From: Bacilli bacterium
GTDB taxonomy: Bacteria; Bacillota_I; Bacilli_A; ML615J-28; CAG-698
NCBI GenBank assembly: GCA_050953065.1
Contig: JBMNLZ010000002.1
Coordinates: 32,001 to 96,000, forward strand
DNA length: 64,000 nt
Direction: 5' to 3'
Positions 41,654 through 52,767 of this stretch are shown in pieces (position 1 is the first letter of the stretch; every line of letters begins with the position of its first letter). The notes beneath the pieces are model-generated. The model was not told the origin of the DNA, searched no databases, and was given only the letters and a program-made list of their open reading frames with translations. The translations under genes were made by a program, and so were the position numbers.

Positions 41654-44600
41654 TTAAGATTTAAATTTTATTTTTTCTAAAAATTTAACTAATTGATAAA
41701 CCCAATTCTTTCCTTTAGGCATTTCTACCATAATGTGACGGCTTCTATAATTAAAACTAAAATCTTTATCAATAGAATTGGCTACTAAAAACATTAAAGA
41801 ACCATCTATCCTATCACTAATATCAGGAGAAAAACTAAACGAAACTTTTGTAGACTTTTCTTCAAAGTTTTTTACCTTATATTTTTTTAATAAACTTTGA
41901 AGATATTCTTCTTCAATATAAAGTTTTATCGTTTCAGTAATCTCACCAAATCTATCAGTTAAAAGATTTATTAAGTTATTCTTTTCTTCTAAAGAATTAA
42001 TAGCATTAATTTCTTTATGAATAAAAATCTTTATATCATCATCACTAACATAAGTTTTATCAACGTGTTTTGAAATATTAATGTTATAGGCTGTAACTTC
42101 TTCTTTTTCTATTTTTCCATATTTTGCTTCTTTGATAGTTTCATTTAAAATCTTCATATATAAATCCATTCCAATACTATCAATATAACCAGATTGTTCT
42201 TGACCTAAAACATCTCCTGCACCTCTAATTGCAAGGTCGCGACTTGCAATATTAAAACCACTTCCAAGTCTTGTAAACTCTTTAATAGCCATTAATCTTT
42301 GAGTTGCTTCTTTAGTTAAAACTTTACCAGCCTCATACATCAAATAAGCATATGCAATTTTATCAGTTCTACCCACACGACCTCTAATTTGATAAAGTTG
42401 AGCCAATCCTAAATTATCAACATTCTCAATAATTAATGTATTAGCATTAGAAATATCAATTCCTGTTTCAATAATTGTTGTACAAAGTAAAACATCATAT
42501 TCTTTATCAATAAAATTTTGGACAACATCTTCAATTTCTTCTTTTGAAAGTCTACCATGCACAATCCCAATTCTTGCTTCTTTAACCAAGGTTTTTATAT
42601 AATGCTTAACACGCTCTAGGCTATCAATTCTATTACACAAATAAAAAACTTGACCTTCTCTTGATAATTCTCTATAAATTGCTTCTTTTACAACAATATC
42701 ATTTTTCCCTAAAACATATGTTTGAATTGGATATCTATTTAAAGGTGGTGTTGTAATTAAACTAAGTTGTCTTAGGCCCATTGTTGCCATTTGAAGAGTT
42801 CTTGGAATTGGAGTTGCAGTTAGAGTTAAAACATTAACATTTGTTTTAATTTTTTTAATCTTTTCTTTATGAACAACTCCAAACCGTTGTTCCTCATCAA
42901 TTATTAAAAGTCCTAAATCTTTAAAAGAAATATCATCACTTAAAATTCTATGCGTTCCAATTAAAATATCAACCTTACCTTCTTTTAAATCTTTTAAAAT
43001 TTCATTTTGAGTTTTATTATCTATTAATCTATTTAATAATTCTACTCTAACTCCATATTTAGAAAAGCGTTCTTTAAAAGTATAAAAGTGTTGTCTTGAA
43101 AGGATTGTAGTTGGAGCAAGATAGGCTACTTGTTTAGAATTATAAACTGTTTTAAAAGCAATTCTCATTGCTATCTCAGTTTTTCCATATCCTACATCCC
43201 CACAAATTAATCTATCAATGATTTTCCCTTCTTCCATATCACGTTTAATTTCTTCAACAGTTTCAAGTTGATCAGGAGTTTCTTCAAACAAAAAATCATT
43301 TTCAAATTCAACTTGCAAAGGATCATCTTTTAAATATTTAACTCCTAAGTTTTGATCTCTTAAAGCTTGCATTGTAATTAAGTCTTCAGCAATATCTTGT
43401 AGTTTTTCTTTGACCTTTTCTTTTTTCTTAATCCATTCTTTTGAATTAAGGCGACTTAGTTTTGGTCTAGCAACCTCACTTGCAATATATTTTTCTAACA
43501 AATGAATATTTGAAACTGGAATATAAAGTGAACCATCTTGAAACTCTAAATGTAGATAATCATTTTTTATTCCTTTAGTTTCTTGCGTAGTTAGACCTAA
43601 ATATTTTGCAATACCATAATCTTGATGGACTACTAAATCAAAAACATTTAATTCATCTTTAGAATATATTTTATCAGTTTTTAAACTAGAGCTTCGATAT
43701 TTAATTTTACTTTTTGTAAAGCTCTTAAAAAGTTCTTTCGGAGTGATAACTTCTAAAGAATTAAGTAGTCCAAAACTAATTGGATTTTCAAAAACTATTA
43801 CATTTATTCTTTCTTTTGAATTTAGTTTTAAAGAATAATTCTTTTTAGCATTATCTAAAATCTCTTTCATTAAAACTAGTTGCTTTTCATCTTGTAGGGC
43901 AATTAAATATTTTTTATCTTTATTTAATTTAATATCTTCTAAAAAGTTTTTAATATTATTTTGATAACTTAAAACTTCATAACTTTCAAAATCAATTATC
44001 TTAGAAAGCTTTATATTATTTATGCTACTTAAATGTTCAGTTAAAAAAATTAATCTATCATTTTTTAAAAGATATTCTATTTCATAATAGTATTCTAAAT
44101 CAAAAACTTTTTGTTCAAAAAATGTATCAATATTTTCAATACTCATTTTTTGATTATCTTTTAATAAATTATATTCATCAAAAACAATAATTTTTGAATC
44201 TAGATAATCTATGATTGATTGAGGAGACTTTTCTAAATATTTAAGATATTTATTAGCTCTTTCAATATTCTTATATTCTTTTAAATCAAGTAAATCTTCT
44301 TTAAAATTATCATCTAATTCACCGATAAGTTTATCAATATCTTCTTCTTCATATAATGTATCGTTTAACGGAAAGATTTCTACTTTATCTATTTTTTCAA
44401 TACTTATTTGAGTTGTTTTATCAAAGGTTCTAATATTTTCAATTTCATTATCAAACAAATCAAGTCTTATAGGGTTAGCTGAGTCAAAAGGAAAGATATC
44501 AATGATTCCTCCACGCACGCTAAAATCCCCTATTTCTTCTGTGATAGGGGTCCTCTTATAGCCACTCTTATTTAAGCTTTTAAAAAACTCTTTTAAATTA

Positions 44601-45043
44601 AGCGTATCCTTAACTTTTAAAAAATAAGAATTTTTTAAAAATTTTTCCTTATTAGAATTATATCTTAAAACAGCTTGAATATGAGTAACAATTATTTTCT
44701 TTTTCTTTAGGATAATGTTTTTAATAGTGTTAATTCTTTCAAGTCTAAATTCCCAACTATAAGCTAAAACTTCAACCGCAGCAATTTCATCAATTGCATA
44801 AAAACTAACATTCTCATAGCCCGCTAACTCGCAAAATGCATCGTAGGCTTTTGTTGCGAAATAGACATTTCTTGCAATATAAATTATACTCTCATCAGTT
44901 TCCTTAAAAGTTAAAAAGGTGAGCAAATAATTTATATTCTTACAACTATTATATACATTTAAAGAAAATGAAGGATTATCTTCAATGTGTGAAAGATAAT
45001 CCTTTGTTTGTTTTTGTTTGATAAATATATCTAATATATTCAT
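41654..45043 (-). CDS. mfd: Transcription-repair coupling factor
   Basis: UvrB-like RGGIIDIFP, CarD-like VH.DYGI, GDVGYGKT, DEEQRFG, ATPIPRT, QIRGRVGR. Confidence 0.97.
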   Translation of the reverse strand: MNILDIFIKQKQTKDYLSHIEDNPSFSLNVYNSCKNINYLLTFLTFKETDESIIYIARNVYFATKAYDAFCELAGYENVSFYAIDEIAAVEVLAYSWEFRLERINTIKNIILKKKKIIVTHIQAVLRYNSNKEKFLKNSYFLKVKDTLNLKEFFKSLNKSGYKRTPITEEIGDFSVRGGIIDIFPFDSANPIRLDLFDNEIENIRTFDKTTQISIEKIDKVEIFPLNDTLYEEEDIDKLIGELDDNFKEDLLDLKEYKNIERANKYLKYLEKSPQSIIDYLDSKIIVFDEYNLLKDNQKMSIENIDTFFEQKVFDLEYYYEIEYLLKNDRLIFLTEHLSSINNIKLSKIIDFESYEVLSYQNNIKNFLEDIKLNKDKKYLIALQDEKQLVLMKEILDNAKKNYSLKLNSKERINVIVFENPISFGLLNSLEVITPKELFKSFTKSKIKYRSSSLKTDKIYSKDELNVFDLVVHQDYGIAKYLGLTTQETKGIKNDYLHLEFQDGSLYIPVSNIHLLEKYIASEVARPKLSRLNSKEWIKKKEKVKEKLQDIAEDLITMQALRDQNLGVKYLKDDPLQVEFENDFLFEETPDQLETVEEIKRDMEEGKIIDRLICGDVGYGKTEIAMRIAFKTVYNSKQVAYLAPTTILSRQHFYTFKERFSKYGVRVELLNRLIDNKTQNEILKDLKEGKVDILIGTHRILSDDISFKDLGLLIIDEEQRFGVVHKEKIKKIKTNVNVLTLTATPIPRTLQMATMGLRQLSLITTPPLNRYPIQTYVLGKNDIVVKEAIYRELSREGQVFYLCNRIDSLERVKHYIKTLVKEARIGIVHGRLSKEEIEDVVQNFIDKEYDVLLCTTIIETGIDISNANTLIIENVDNLGLAQLYQIRGRVGRTDKIAYAYLMYEAGKVLTKEATQRLMAIKEFTRLGSGFNIASRDLAIRGAGDVLGQEQSGYIDSIGMDLYMKILNETIKEAKYGKIEKEEVTAYNINISKHVDKTYVSDDDIKIFIHKEINAINSLEEKNNLINLLTDRFGEITETIKLYIEEEYLQSLLKKYKVKNFEEKSTKVSFSFSPDISDRIDGSLMFLVANSIDKDFSFNYRSRHIMVEMPKGKNWVYQLVKFLEKIKFKS

Positions 45044-45046
45044 TCC

Positions 45047-45616
45047 TTAAATCTCTTTCTGATTATATTTATTCATTACATAAAGAAAATCATTTTCTAA
45101 ATAATCCCTAATAATTGAAGTAGACTTTTCTAATGCTAAATCAATTTCAATTTTTTCATCTTTATAAAAATTATCTAAAACATAATCAACTACTGCACAA
45201 GAATCTTTTCTTCCAATTCCAATTCTTAATCTTTTTAATTCATTAGTCTTTAAATTTCTAATGATTGAATCCATTCCTTTATGACCACCCGATGTTCCGT
45301 TTAACCTAAGTCTAAGTTTTCCTGTTGGTAGATCTAAATCATCATAGATTACTAAAATATCATTTAAATCTATTTTATAAAAATTCATAACAGCCAAAAC
45401 CGCATCACCTGATAGATTCATAAAAGTTTGAGGTTTGATAAAAAAGATTTTTTCATCTTTATATATTAAACTTGCAATCTCAGATTTTAAAGACTTATTT
45501 AAAGCAAACTTTAATTTATTATCCTTAGCAAATTTATCCAAAAACATAAATCCAATATTGTGTCTTGTTTTTTTATATCTTAAGCCAGGATTTCCAAGTC
45601 CTACAATAAGCTTCAT
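45047..45616 (-). CDS. pth: Peptidyl-tRNA hydrolase
   Basis: GLGNPG..Y..TRHNIG, KPQTFMNLSG, GGHKG. Confidence 0.97.
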   Translation of the reverse strand: MKLIVGLGNPGLRYKKTRHNIGFMFLDKFAKDNKLKFALNKSLKSEIASLIYKDEKIFFIKPQTFMNLSGDAVLAVMNFYKIDLNDILVIYDDLDLPTGKLRLRLNGTSGGHKGMDSIIRNLKTNELKRLRIGIGRKDSCAVVDYVLDNFYKDEKIEIDLALEKSTSIIRDYLENDFLYVMNKYNQKEI

Positions 45617-45626
45617 TTACTATTAC

Positions 45627-46478
45627 CTACATTTGTTCTTTTTGTCTGATTTCTTCTTGAATTTTATAACACTCTAAAACATTTTGAATTAAAGATGCGA
45701 TTGTCATTGGACCAACTCCTTTTGGAACCGGAGTAATTGCACTAGCAACCTCTACAACCTCATCAAAGTCAACATCTCCTACTAGTTTAGATTCAAAGCG
45801 ATTGATTCCAACATCAATTACAACTGCATCTTTTTTAACCATATCTGCTTTTACAAATTTAGGAACACCAATTGCAGCGACCAAAATATCTGCTTCTCTT
45901 GTAACTTCTTTTAGGTTAACTGTTTTTGAATGAGCAACAGTAACAGTTGCATTCTTTTTAAGCATTAACATCGCTAAAGGTTTACCAACTAATTTACTAC
46001 GCCCAATAATAACAACCTTTTTCCCTTGAACATCAATATGATATTCATCAAGAAGCGTCATTACTCCTTTTGGAGTAGCTGGTTCTATGCAAGGTTTTCC
46101 CATAAACAATCTACCTTGATTTTCTAAAGTTAGTCCATCAACATCTTTATTAGGATCAATCGAGTTGATGATTGTATCTTCATCTAAATGATTAGGTAAA
46201 GGTAATTGGACTAAAATTCCATTAACCTTTGGATCTTCATTTAAATTTTTAATAACTTTTAAAATACTTTTTTGAGGTTCGTTAGCTGAGAAATAATATT
46301 CTTTACTATTAATCCCTAATTCAGCACATTTCTTATGTTTATTTTTAACATAGGTTTTACTTGCTTCGTTATCACCTACTAAAATAATCGCTAAAGTTAT
46401 TTTTTTAGGTAACTTTTCAATTTCCATTTTTAACTTTTTTGCTAACGTTTCACTTGTTCCTTTTCCATCTAAAATCAT
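45627..46478 (-). CDS. folD: Methylenetetrahydrofolate dehydrogenase/cyclohydrolase
   Basis: GILVQLPLP, KDVDG, GRS.LVGKP, TPVP.GVGPMT. Confidence 0.97.
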   Translation of the reverse strand: MILDGKGTSETLAKKLKMEIEKLPKKITLAIILVGDNEASKTYVKNKHKKCAELGINSKEYYFSANEPQKSILKVIKNLNEDPKVNGILVQLPLPNHLDEDTIINSIDPNKDVDGLTLENQGRLFMGKPCIEPATPKGVMTLLDEYHIDVQGKKVVIIGRSKLVGKPLAMLMLKKNATVTVAHSKTVNLKEVTREADILVAAIGVPKFVKADMVKKDAVVIDVGINRFESKLVGDVDFDEVVEVASAITPVPKGVGPMTIASLIQNVLECYKIQEEIRQKEQM

Positions 46479-46668
46479 AAGTCTTCTCCTTTTGATTGGT
46501 TCTTTGAAATTATTATACTACACTTCTTCTTTAAATGCTATTGCTTTATAATATTTTTTTAAAAAACTGTTTTTTCATAACTTGGTATTTCCCCCTTTAA
46601 ACAACAAATTTTATACCAACAAAAATAAAATTCTCTTTCTATATTATATGTATCTCACCAATTTATAA

Positions 46669-46696
46669 AAAAACAATGGTTTTTAACCACTGTTTT
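46669..46696 (-). terminator. Intrinsic terminator after clpB
   Basis: AAAACAATGGTT...AACCACTGTTTT hairpin. Confidence 0.65.
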
Positions 46697-46704
46697 CTTA
46701 TAAA

Positions 46705-48807
46705 TTATTTATTTTTAATAATTAAACTATAGTTAATAACATCTATTAAATACTTTTGGTTTTCCTTGATTTCTCCTGCAACTATAGCTTTTGCAATCTC
46801 TGTTTCGATTTCTTTTTGAATAAATCTCTTAATCGGACGAGCTCCATATTCATGAGAATAACCATTTTCTATAATATAGTTTTTTGCATTATCAGAAAAA
46901 TCTACATTGTATTTATTTGTTTCAAGTCTTAATTTTAAAAGATTAAGCATCTTATCAACAATTTTTAATTGTACTTCTTTTGATAAAGGTTTAAACATTA
47001 CAATCTCATCAATTCTATTTAAGAATTCTGGTTTAAATGTTTTTCTTAATAAATCATCAACTACATCTGTCTTATTATCAAGTAAATACTCACTTCCTAA
47101 ATTTGAAGTCATAATAATGATTGTATTTTTAAAGTCTACTACTCTTCCTTGAGAATCAGTCAAATGTCCTTCATCTAAAATTTGAAGCAAGATATTAAAA
47201 ACCTCTGGATGGGCTTTTTCGATTTCATCAAACAAAACAATTGAATAAGGACTTCTTCTTACCTTTTCAGTTAATTGTCCCCCCTCTTCATATCCAACAT
47301 ATCCAGGAGGAGCTCCAATTAATCTACTTGTTGCAAACTTTTCCATATATTCACTCATATCAAGTCTAACAATGTGAGTTTCACTATCAAACAAATTAGC
47401 AGCCAGGCTTCTGGCAACCTCAGTCTTACCAACTCCAGTTGGTCCTAAGAATAAAAACGAGCCAATTGGTTTGTTTTCATCTTTAATTCCAGCGCGTTGT
47501 CTAATAATAGCATCACTTACCAATTCAATTGCTTCATCTTGTCCTATTACTCTTTCAAGTAAATTATTTTTTAATCCTAAAACTTTTTCTTTATCACCCT
47601 TTAGAATTCTAGTAACTGGTATATTGGTATTCTTAGCAACAATCTCTGCAATATCATCTTCTGTTACAACCTCTGATAACATTGTGTTTTCTTTATTTGA
47701 TAATTCTTGAATCTCTTTTTCTATTTTAGGAATCTTACTATATTTAATTTCAGCAGCCTTATTATAATCACCTTTATTATAAGCATCATCTAAAATAAAT
47801 TTTAGTTTTTCTAATTCCATCTTTTTATCTTTAATTATATCAACAGCTTTTTTCTCAATTTCCCAAGTTTCTTTTAAAGAGGCTTCTTCTTTTTTTAATT
47901 CTTCTAATTCTTTATTTAATTTTTCTAATCTATCCAGACTGTTTTTATCTTTTTCTTTTTCTAAAGCTCTTTTTTCAATTTCAAGTTGCATTACTTTTCT
48001 GACCACTTCATCTAAAACAGCTGGCATTGAATCAATCGCAACTCTTGTTGCTGAACACGCCTCATCAATTAAATCAATTGCTTTATCTGGTAAAAACCTA
48101 TCTGTGATATATCTATTAGATAAAATTGCAGCATTAACTAGTGCTCCATCAGTAATAGTTACTCCATGATGCGCTTCATATCTTTCCTTTAGTCCTCTTA
48201 AAATACTAATTGTATCTTCTACAGTTGGTTCTTGAATAATAACTTTTTGAAATCTTCTTTCTAATGCTCTATCTTTTTCAATATATAATCTATATTCATT
48301 TAAAGTTGTTGCTCCGATACAATCAATCTCTCCTCTTGCCAGCATTGGCTTTAACATATTACCAGCATCTAAAGCACCCTCTGCTTTCCCAGCCCCAACT
48401 ATTAAATGGATTTCATCAATAAAAAGAATAATTTCTCCATTGCTTTCTTTAATTTTATTTAAAACAGCTTTTAATCTTTCTTCAAACTCACCTCTAAATT
48501 TTGCTCCTGCAACAAGCGCCCCCATATCAAGCTCATAAATCTTTTTATTTTTTAGCGTTGCAGGAACATCATCTTTAACAATTCTTGCAGCAAGCCCTTC
48601 AATGATAGCTGTTTTACCAACTCCAGGTTCTCCAATTAGAATAACATTGTTTTTTGTTTTTCTGGCTAAAATTTGAACAATCTTTCTAACCTCTTCATCC
48701 CTACCAATAACAGGATCTACTTTTCCTTTTTTAACTTCCTCAACAATGTCTCTTCCAAACTTTTCTAAAACATTAGGATCTTGACTATAATTTTCCATTT
48801 CTTGCAT
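46705..48807 (-). CDS. clpB: ClpB-type AAA+ chaperone lacking the N-terminal domain
   Basis: Two AAA+ modules ([16 protein letters not shown]) and a long middle coiled coil; begins at LEKFGRD; SD AAGGTGGTG. Confidence 0.88.
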   Translation of the reverse strand: MQEMENYSQDPNVLEKFGRDIVEEVKKGKVDPVIGRDEEVRKIVQILARKTKNNVILIGEPGVGKTAIIEGLAARIVKDDVPATLKNKKIYELDMGALVAGAKFRGEFEERLKAVLNKIKESNGEIILFIDEIHLIVGAGKAEGALDAGNMLKPMLARGEIDCIGATTLNEYRLYIEKDRALERRFQKVIIQEPTVEDTISILRGLKERYEAHHGVTITDGALVNAAILSNRYITDRFLPDKAIDLIDEACSATRVAIDSMPAVLDEVVRKVMQLEIEKRALEKEKDKNSLDRLEKLNKELEELKKEEASLKETWEIEKKAVDIIKDKKMELEKLKFILDDAYNKGDYNKAAEIKYSKIPKIEKEIQELSNKENTMLSEVVTEDDIAEIVAKNTNIPVTRILKGDKEKVLGLKNNLLERVIGQDEAIELVSDAIIRQRAGIKDENKPIGSFLFLGPTGVGKTEVARSLAANLFDSETHIVRLDMSEYMEKFATSRLIGAPPGYVGYEEGGQLTEKVRRSPYSIVLFDEIEKAHPEVFNILLQILDEGHLTDSQGRVVDFKNTIIIMTSNLGSEYLLDNKTDVVDDLLRKTFKPEFLNRIDEIVMFKPLSKEVQLKIVDKMLNLLKLRLETNKYNVDFSDNAKNYIIENGYSHEYGARPIKRFIQKEIETEIAKAIVAGEIKENQKYLIDVINYSLIIKNK

Positions 48808-48822
48808 TTTCTTCACCACCTT

Positions 48823-48849
48823 TTAGCACTCTCACACTATGAGTGCTAA
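48823..48849. promoter_or_regulatory. CIRCE element (HrcA operator)
   Basis: Perfect TTAGCACTC-N9-GAGTGCTAA between clpB and its promoter. Confidence 0.97.
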
Positions 48850-48853
48850 TTAT

Positions 48854-48881
48854 ATTATACTATCTTTTTTAATTATGTCAA
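48854..48881 (-). promoter_or_regulatory. sigma-A promoter of clpB
   Basis: TTGACA-16 bp-TATAAT. Confidence 0.8.
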
Positions 48882-48908
48882 GTAAATAACATTAAAAAAA
48901 CACCAAAT

Positions 48909-49157
48909 TTATCTTTGGCGTTTTTTTATATTCTTAGGGTTAAACGGTTTAAAGAGTTTTTCAGTTACTTCTTTAATCTCTTCTTCTAGTTTCTCATCCT
49001 TTTCTAATATCTTATATCCTTCTTCAGTCTTTTCAACTTGCATATCTATTGTAACGATTTCTGGTAAAAGACTTAAATCTATTACTTCCCTTGAGTCATC
49101 TTCATAAATGATTAAAACTTTATCATCTATAATTTGTTCAATAAACCCCTTTTTCAT
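48909..49157 (-). CDS. Small hypothetical protein, DUF3006-like
   Basis: I..I..D.V.I..E......I...LLP pattern; coupled to rpoE. Confidence 0.55.
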   Translation of the reverse strand: MKKGFIEQIIDDKVLIIYEDDSREVIDLSLLPEIVTIDMQVEKTEEGYKILEKDEKLEEEIKEVTEKLFKPFNPKNIKKRQR

Positions 49158-49158
49158 T

Positions 49159-49716
49159 TTACTTACCCTTTAACTCTTGCTCGATATCATCCTCTTCTTC
49201 AGCTTCTTCTTCATCTTCGTCATCGTCTCTCAACCTAGATGAATCAATTTCTTGGATTTCTCTATCATTAGCAGCTTCTAGGTCATCAAACTCATCTGCT
49301 AGGTCATCCTTTTCTTCTTTTTCATCATCATCTTCATCTTCTTCTTCTAGAGCGCCATCGATTCCTTGAATTTTATCATCCATTAATTCATTATCTTTTA
49401 CATCTTCATCTTCTTCATATAAATCATCTAATGCTCCACCATCTTTATCTAACCAATCAGAAGATAAATGTTCTTTTAAATCCCATAATTTTTTCTCGTT
49501 TTTATCATCACCGCAACAAACAAAATACCCGCTTAACATGAAATCAGAAAAAAATTGAGCTTTCAATTTTCCTTGTTCTGATGCTGGATTTTTTTTTGCT
49601 TTGAAAACTTCGCTTGCAATTTCTTCTAAAGTTTGTGGTTTTTTTCTTTTTTGCATTAATCTTACAACAACTTCAATCAATGAATCTTCTTCAACGTTAT
49701 TAGTATTTTTACCCAT
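49159..49716 (-). CDS. rpoE: DNA-directed RNA polymerase subunit delta
   Basis: SLIEV..., AQFFSDF..SG.F, WDLK followed by a long acidic tail; SD AAGGAGG before MGKNT. Confidence 0.85.
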   Translation of the reverse strand: MGKNTNNVEEDSLIEVVVRLMQKRKKPQTLEEIASEVFKAKKNPASEQGKLKAQFFSDFMLSGYFVCCGDDKNEKKLWDLKEHLSSDWLDKDGGALDDLYEEDEDVKDNELMDDKIQGIDGALEEEDEDDDEKEEKDDLADEFDDLEAANDREIQEIDSSRLRDDDEDEEEAEEEDDIEQELKGK

Positions 49717-49779
49717 AAGGCCCTCCTTATATTTATAAATCTTTTTCATTATATTATTAAAACCTTTAAAAAACAAGTT

Positions 49780-50508
49780 TTATTTTATTTCTTTTTCTAA
49801 TTTTTCTAAAACAAGATGTTTAGTCCTGTCAACGCTTAACGGTGTAATTGAAATATATTTATTATGAATCGCACCAACATCTGACCTTAAGTTTTCAGCT
49901 TCTAAATCAAAATTTGGTTTTCCCCTTTGATAAACTCCTTGTGCTTCTTTGACCATTGTTGCTTGATAGTGAGTACTTCCTTGTTTAGTAAACTTTATAC
50001 CACGAGACTCTCCTCTAACAAAATTTATATTATATAAACTGTGAAGTTCAAAAAGTTTGTTTTTCTCAATATAATCCATTATTCTATCAAAGTTCTTTTC
50101 AAAATCCGAAAAATCATTTCTAGGGCAAGACAAAGCTAAAGCTTTAAGGCCGTAAAGCGCAGCCTCACTTGCAGCCCCAACAGTCCCAGAATAAAATATA
50201 TCCTCACCTAAATTATAACCATTATTTACTCCAGATAAAACCAAAGAAAACTCTAACCCTAAATAATAGCGTGCTAATCGGACACAATCAGTTGGAGTAG
50301 AATCAACATAATAAGTTGTAACCCCCGGCAATAAATCTTTTATCTTCTTGCATTTAATCCCTTGCCTAATCCGCATACTTTGGCTTTTACCAGATTGTTC
50401 TTTTTTAGGCGCCACAACAACAACCTCACCATACTTTAAGGCTTTTCTTGCTAGAACCTTTAATCCATCAGCTTTAATTCCATCATCATTTGTAACTAGT
50501 ATCTTCAC
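49780..50508 (-). CDS. surE: 5'/3'-nucleotidase SurE
   Basis: ILVTNDDG, AP..EQSG, TP.DCV, SG.N.G.N, YSGTVGAA.EA. Confidence 0.96.
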   Translation of the reverse strand: MKILVTNDDGIKADGLKVLARKALKYGEVVVVAPKKEQSGKSQSMRIRQGIKCKKIKDLLPGVTTYYVDSTPTDCVRLARYYLGLEFSLVLSGVNNGYNLGEDIFYSGTVGAASEAALYGLKALALSCPRNDFSDFEKNFDRIMDYIEKNKLFELHSLYNINFVRGESRGIKFTKQGSTHYQATMVKEAQGVYQRGKPNFDLEAENLRSDVGAIHNKYISITPLSVDRTKHLVLEKLEKEIK

Positions 50509-51476
50509 TAAAACACATCCTTTTTATCTTTTTTAAATTCTTTTAATTTTTTATCAGCTAACTTGACCATTTCTTTAACTTCTTTTTTACTGCTTAATGT
50601 TGCTCCACTTGCTTGGTGGTGTCCACCCCCACCAAAAGCATTAGCAACATCGTTAATTTGAATATGTCTAGAACGCAGTCTTGCTCTAATTAATCCATCT
50701 TCTTGTTCTAAAAATAAGATCCAAATAATTCTATCTTTAATATTTTCAATCAAACTTGTTAAGGCTGCAGTTTGTTCTGTTGTAAGACCTAACTTCTTTT
50801 GAGTTTTTCTTGAAAAATAAATATAACTAACACCGTTAGGAGTTTCTTTATATTTTTTATAAACATATGCTTGAGCTCTAAATTCCTCTGGTGTTTTTAC
50901 ATATAAATTAGCATATATATCTTGTAAGTCAAGGTCATATTTTAATAAATATGATGCCGTTTCCAGTGTTTCAGAACTTACTCCACGATATTTAAATCTT
51001 CCAGTATCAGTTACTATTCCAATATATAGATATATAGCACCTTTTTGAGTAATTTTTAACTCATCTTTATAAGTCATCAAAAACTTTGTAATCATCTCAG
51101 AACAAGCCGGACTTTCTTTATCTATCCAGTTATAATCACCATATTCTTCACCATCATTATGGTGATCAATTTTAAAAATTTCTCTAGCTTTTTTATAGCC
51201 TTCTCCACTAATCCTTTTTTCAGTTGCTGTATCAACAACAATTGCTAAAAAATCACCTTTAAATTCATCAACATTATAATTGTCTATTTCACTAATAAAT
51301 TCTAAATATTTCGAATCATCATTTGCATTAATATAGACATTTTTTTTAGAGAAAGTAGCCTTAATAATTTCTTTTAATCCTTGGCTACTTCCAAGGGCAT
51401 CTCCGTCTGGTCTTAAGTGCCTATAAATCACAATATTATCGTATTCTTTAATCTTTTCAAGTAGTTTTTTTATCAT
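50508..51476 (-). CDS. nrnA: DHH/DHHA1 oligoribonuclease/pAp phosphatase (NrnA family)
   Basis: H.RPDGDA.GS, VVDTA, IDHH, GIVTDTGRF, GGGGH..ASG. Confidence 0.9.
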   Translation of the reverse strand: MIKKLLEKIKEYDNIVIYRHLRPDGDALGSSQGLKEIIKATFSKKNVYINANDDSKYLEFISEIDNYNVDEFKGDFLAIVVDTATEKRISGEGYKKAREIFKIDHHNDGEEYGDYNWIDKESPACSEMITKFLMTYKDELKITQKGAIYLYIGIVTDTGRFKYRGVSSETLETASYLLKYDLDLQDIYANLYVKTPEEFRAQAYVYKKYKETPNGVSYIYFSRKTQKKLGLTTEQTAALTSLIENIKDRIIWILFLEQEDGLIRARLRSRHIQINDVANAFGGGGHHQASGATLSSKKEVKEMVKLADKKLKEFKKDKKDVF

Positions 51477-51480
51477 TTTT

Positions 51481-52413
51481 TTACTCCTCTTTTAGATTGT
51501 TTAATTCTTCAATAACCCTATCAACCATGTCCCAATTTTCCAAGGTTGCACCACTTGCTTTTTTATGTCCGCCGCCACCATACTTAACAGCTATTTTATT
51601 AACGTCATATTTACTAGTTCTAAACTCAGCAATTATCTTTCCATCTTCTGATTCTGTAAAATTAGCCCAAGTATCAACCTCTTTAATTCCGGACATTAAA
51701 TTTATCATTCCGCGAGAAATTGTTTGAATATCAGTACCAGCTTCTAGAATATCTTTTTGAGTATTTTTTAAGTAAGCAACCCTTGAAGCAGTTACCACAA
51801 ACTTTAATCCCAAAGCCGCTCTTAATCTAACCGTTTTTAAATCATCTTGATAAAGTTCTCCATAGATTAAACTAGGATTAACACCCTTTTCTAAAAGCTT
51901 AGATGCAATCTCAAAAGTTCTTGGAGTAACACTATCATATAAGAAGCGTCCTGAATCGGTTATTATCCCAGTAAATAAGGCCTGTGCAGTTTGAGCACTT
52001 ACCTTTAATTTCAAACTAAACAAAATATTAGCAACTAACCCACAAACACTTTCAAAAGATGTATCAACAATTTCTAAGTCCCCATAATTAACTTTTAAAA
52101 TATGATGATCAATTTTAACTAAAAAAGCTCCCATTTTATATCTTTCATCACTAATTAAGACAGGTTCTGCAGTATCTAAGACTATAACTAAGGCTCTTTG
52201 GTAAAGCCCATCAATAATATTATCCATTCGCCCTATAAAATCATAGCGAGGAGATGCATCTCCTACTGCATAAATTTTTTTATCAGGAAAATTATCAATC
52301 AAAGCTTGTTTTAATCCAATTTGAGCACCAAGCGCATCACCATCTGGTTTTGAATGCCTATGGATAATTATCGTTCTATGTTTTTTAATTATTTTTAGTA
52401 AATTTTGATACAT
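51481..52413 (-). CDS. nrnA: DHH/DHHA1 oligoribonuclease/pAp phosphatase (NrnA family), second copy
   Basis: HSKPDGDA, LDTA, IDHH, GIITDSGRF, GGGGHKKASG. Confidence 0.9.
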   Translation of the reverse strand: MYQNLLKIIKKHRTIIIHRHSKPDGDALGAQIGLKQALIDNFPDKKIYAVGDASPRYDFIGRMDNIIDGLYQRALVIVLDTAEPVLISDERYKMGAFLVKIDHHILKVNYGDLEIVDTSFESVCGLVANILFSLKLKVSAQTAQALFTGIITDSGRFLYDSVTPRTFEIASKLLEKGVNPSLIYGELYQDDLKTVRLRAALGLKFVVTASRVAYLKNTQKDILEAGTDIQTISRGMINLMSGIKEVDTWANFTESEDGKIIAEFRTSKYDVNKIAVKYGGGGHKKASGATLENWDMVDRVIEELNNLKEE

Positions 52414-52738
52414 ATTTTTAGCTCCTTTATTTTAACTTTCAGCAAGCACATCTTCTAATTAACTTTTTTATCCATAAAATTTAAAAAAATTTAGTTTCTC
52501 AAAAAACGCTTTAAAATCCAACTAAAACAAGAAATTTAGATTTACTTCGATTATCCCATTTTGAAAGCACTTTAAATGGTGTTTTTTTCGCCTAGAATGA
52601 ATTATCAGTTTAGATTAGAGTAAATATAACCTAAAGGCTTAAACAACAGGGGAGCGAAAATTAGGCCTTTTTTGATTTTTTGAGATTTTAAAGGTTTTTT
52701 TAACTTTTTTTCACCACTTATTTTCTTAATTTTTATAT

Positions 52739-52767
52739 ATTATAACACAGCTTTTTTTATTATTCAA
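52739..52767 (-). promoter_or_regulatory. Candidate sigma-A promoter about 320 nt upstream of nrnA
   Basis: TTGAAT-17 bp-TATAAT with extended -10 TG. Confidence 0.55.
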
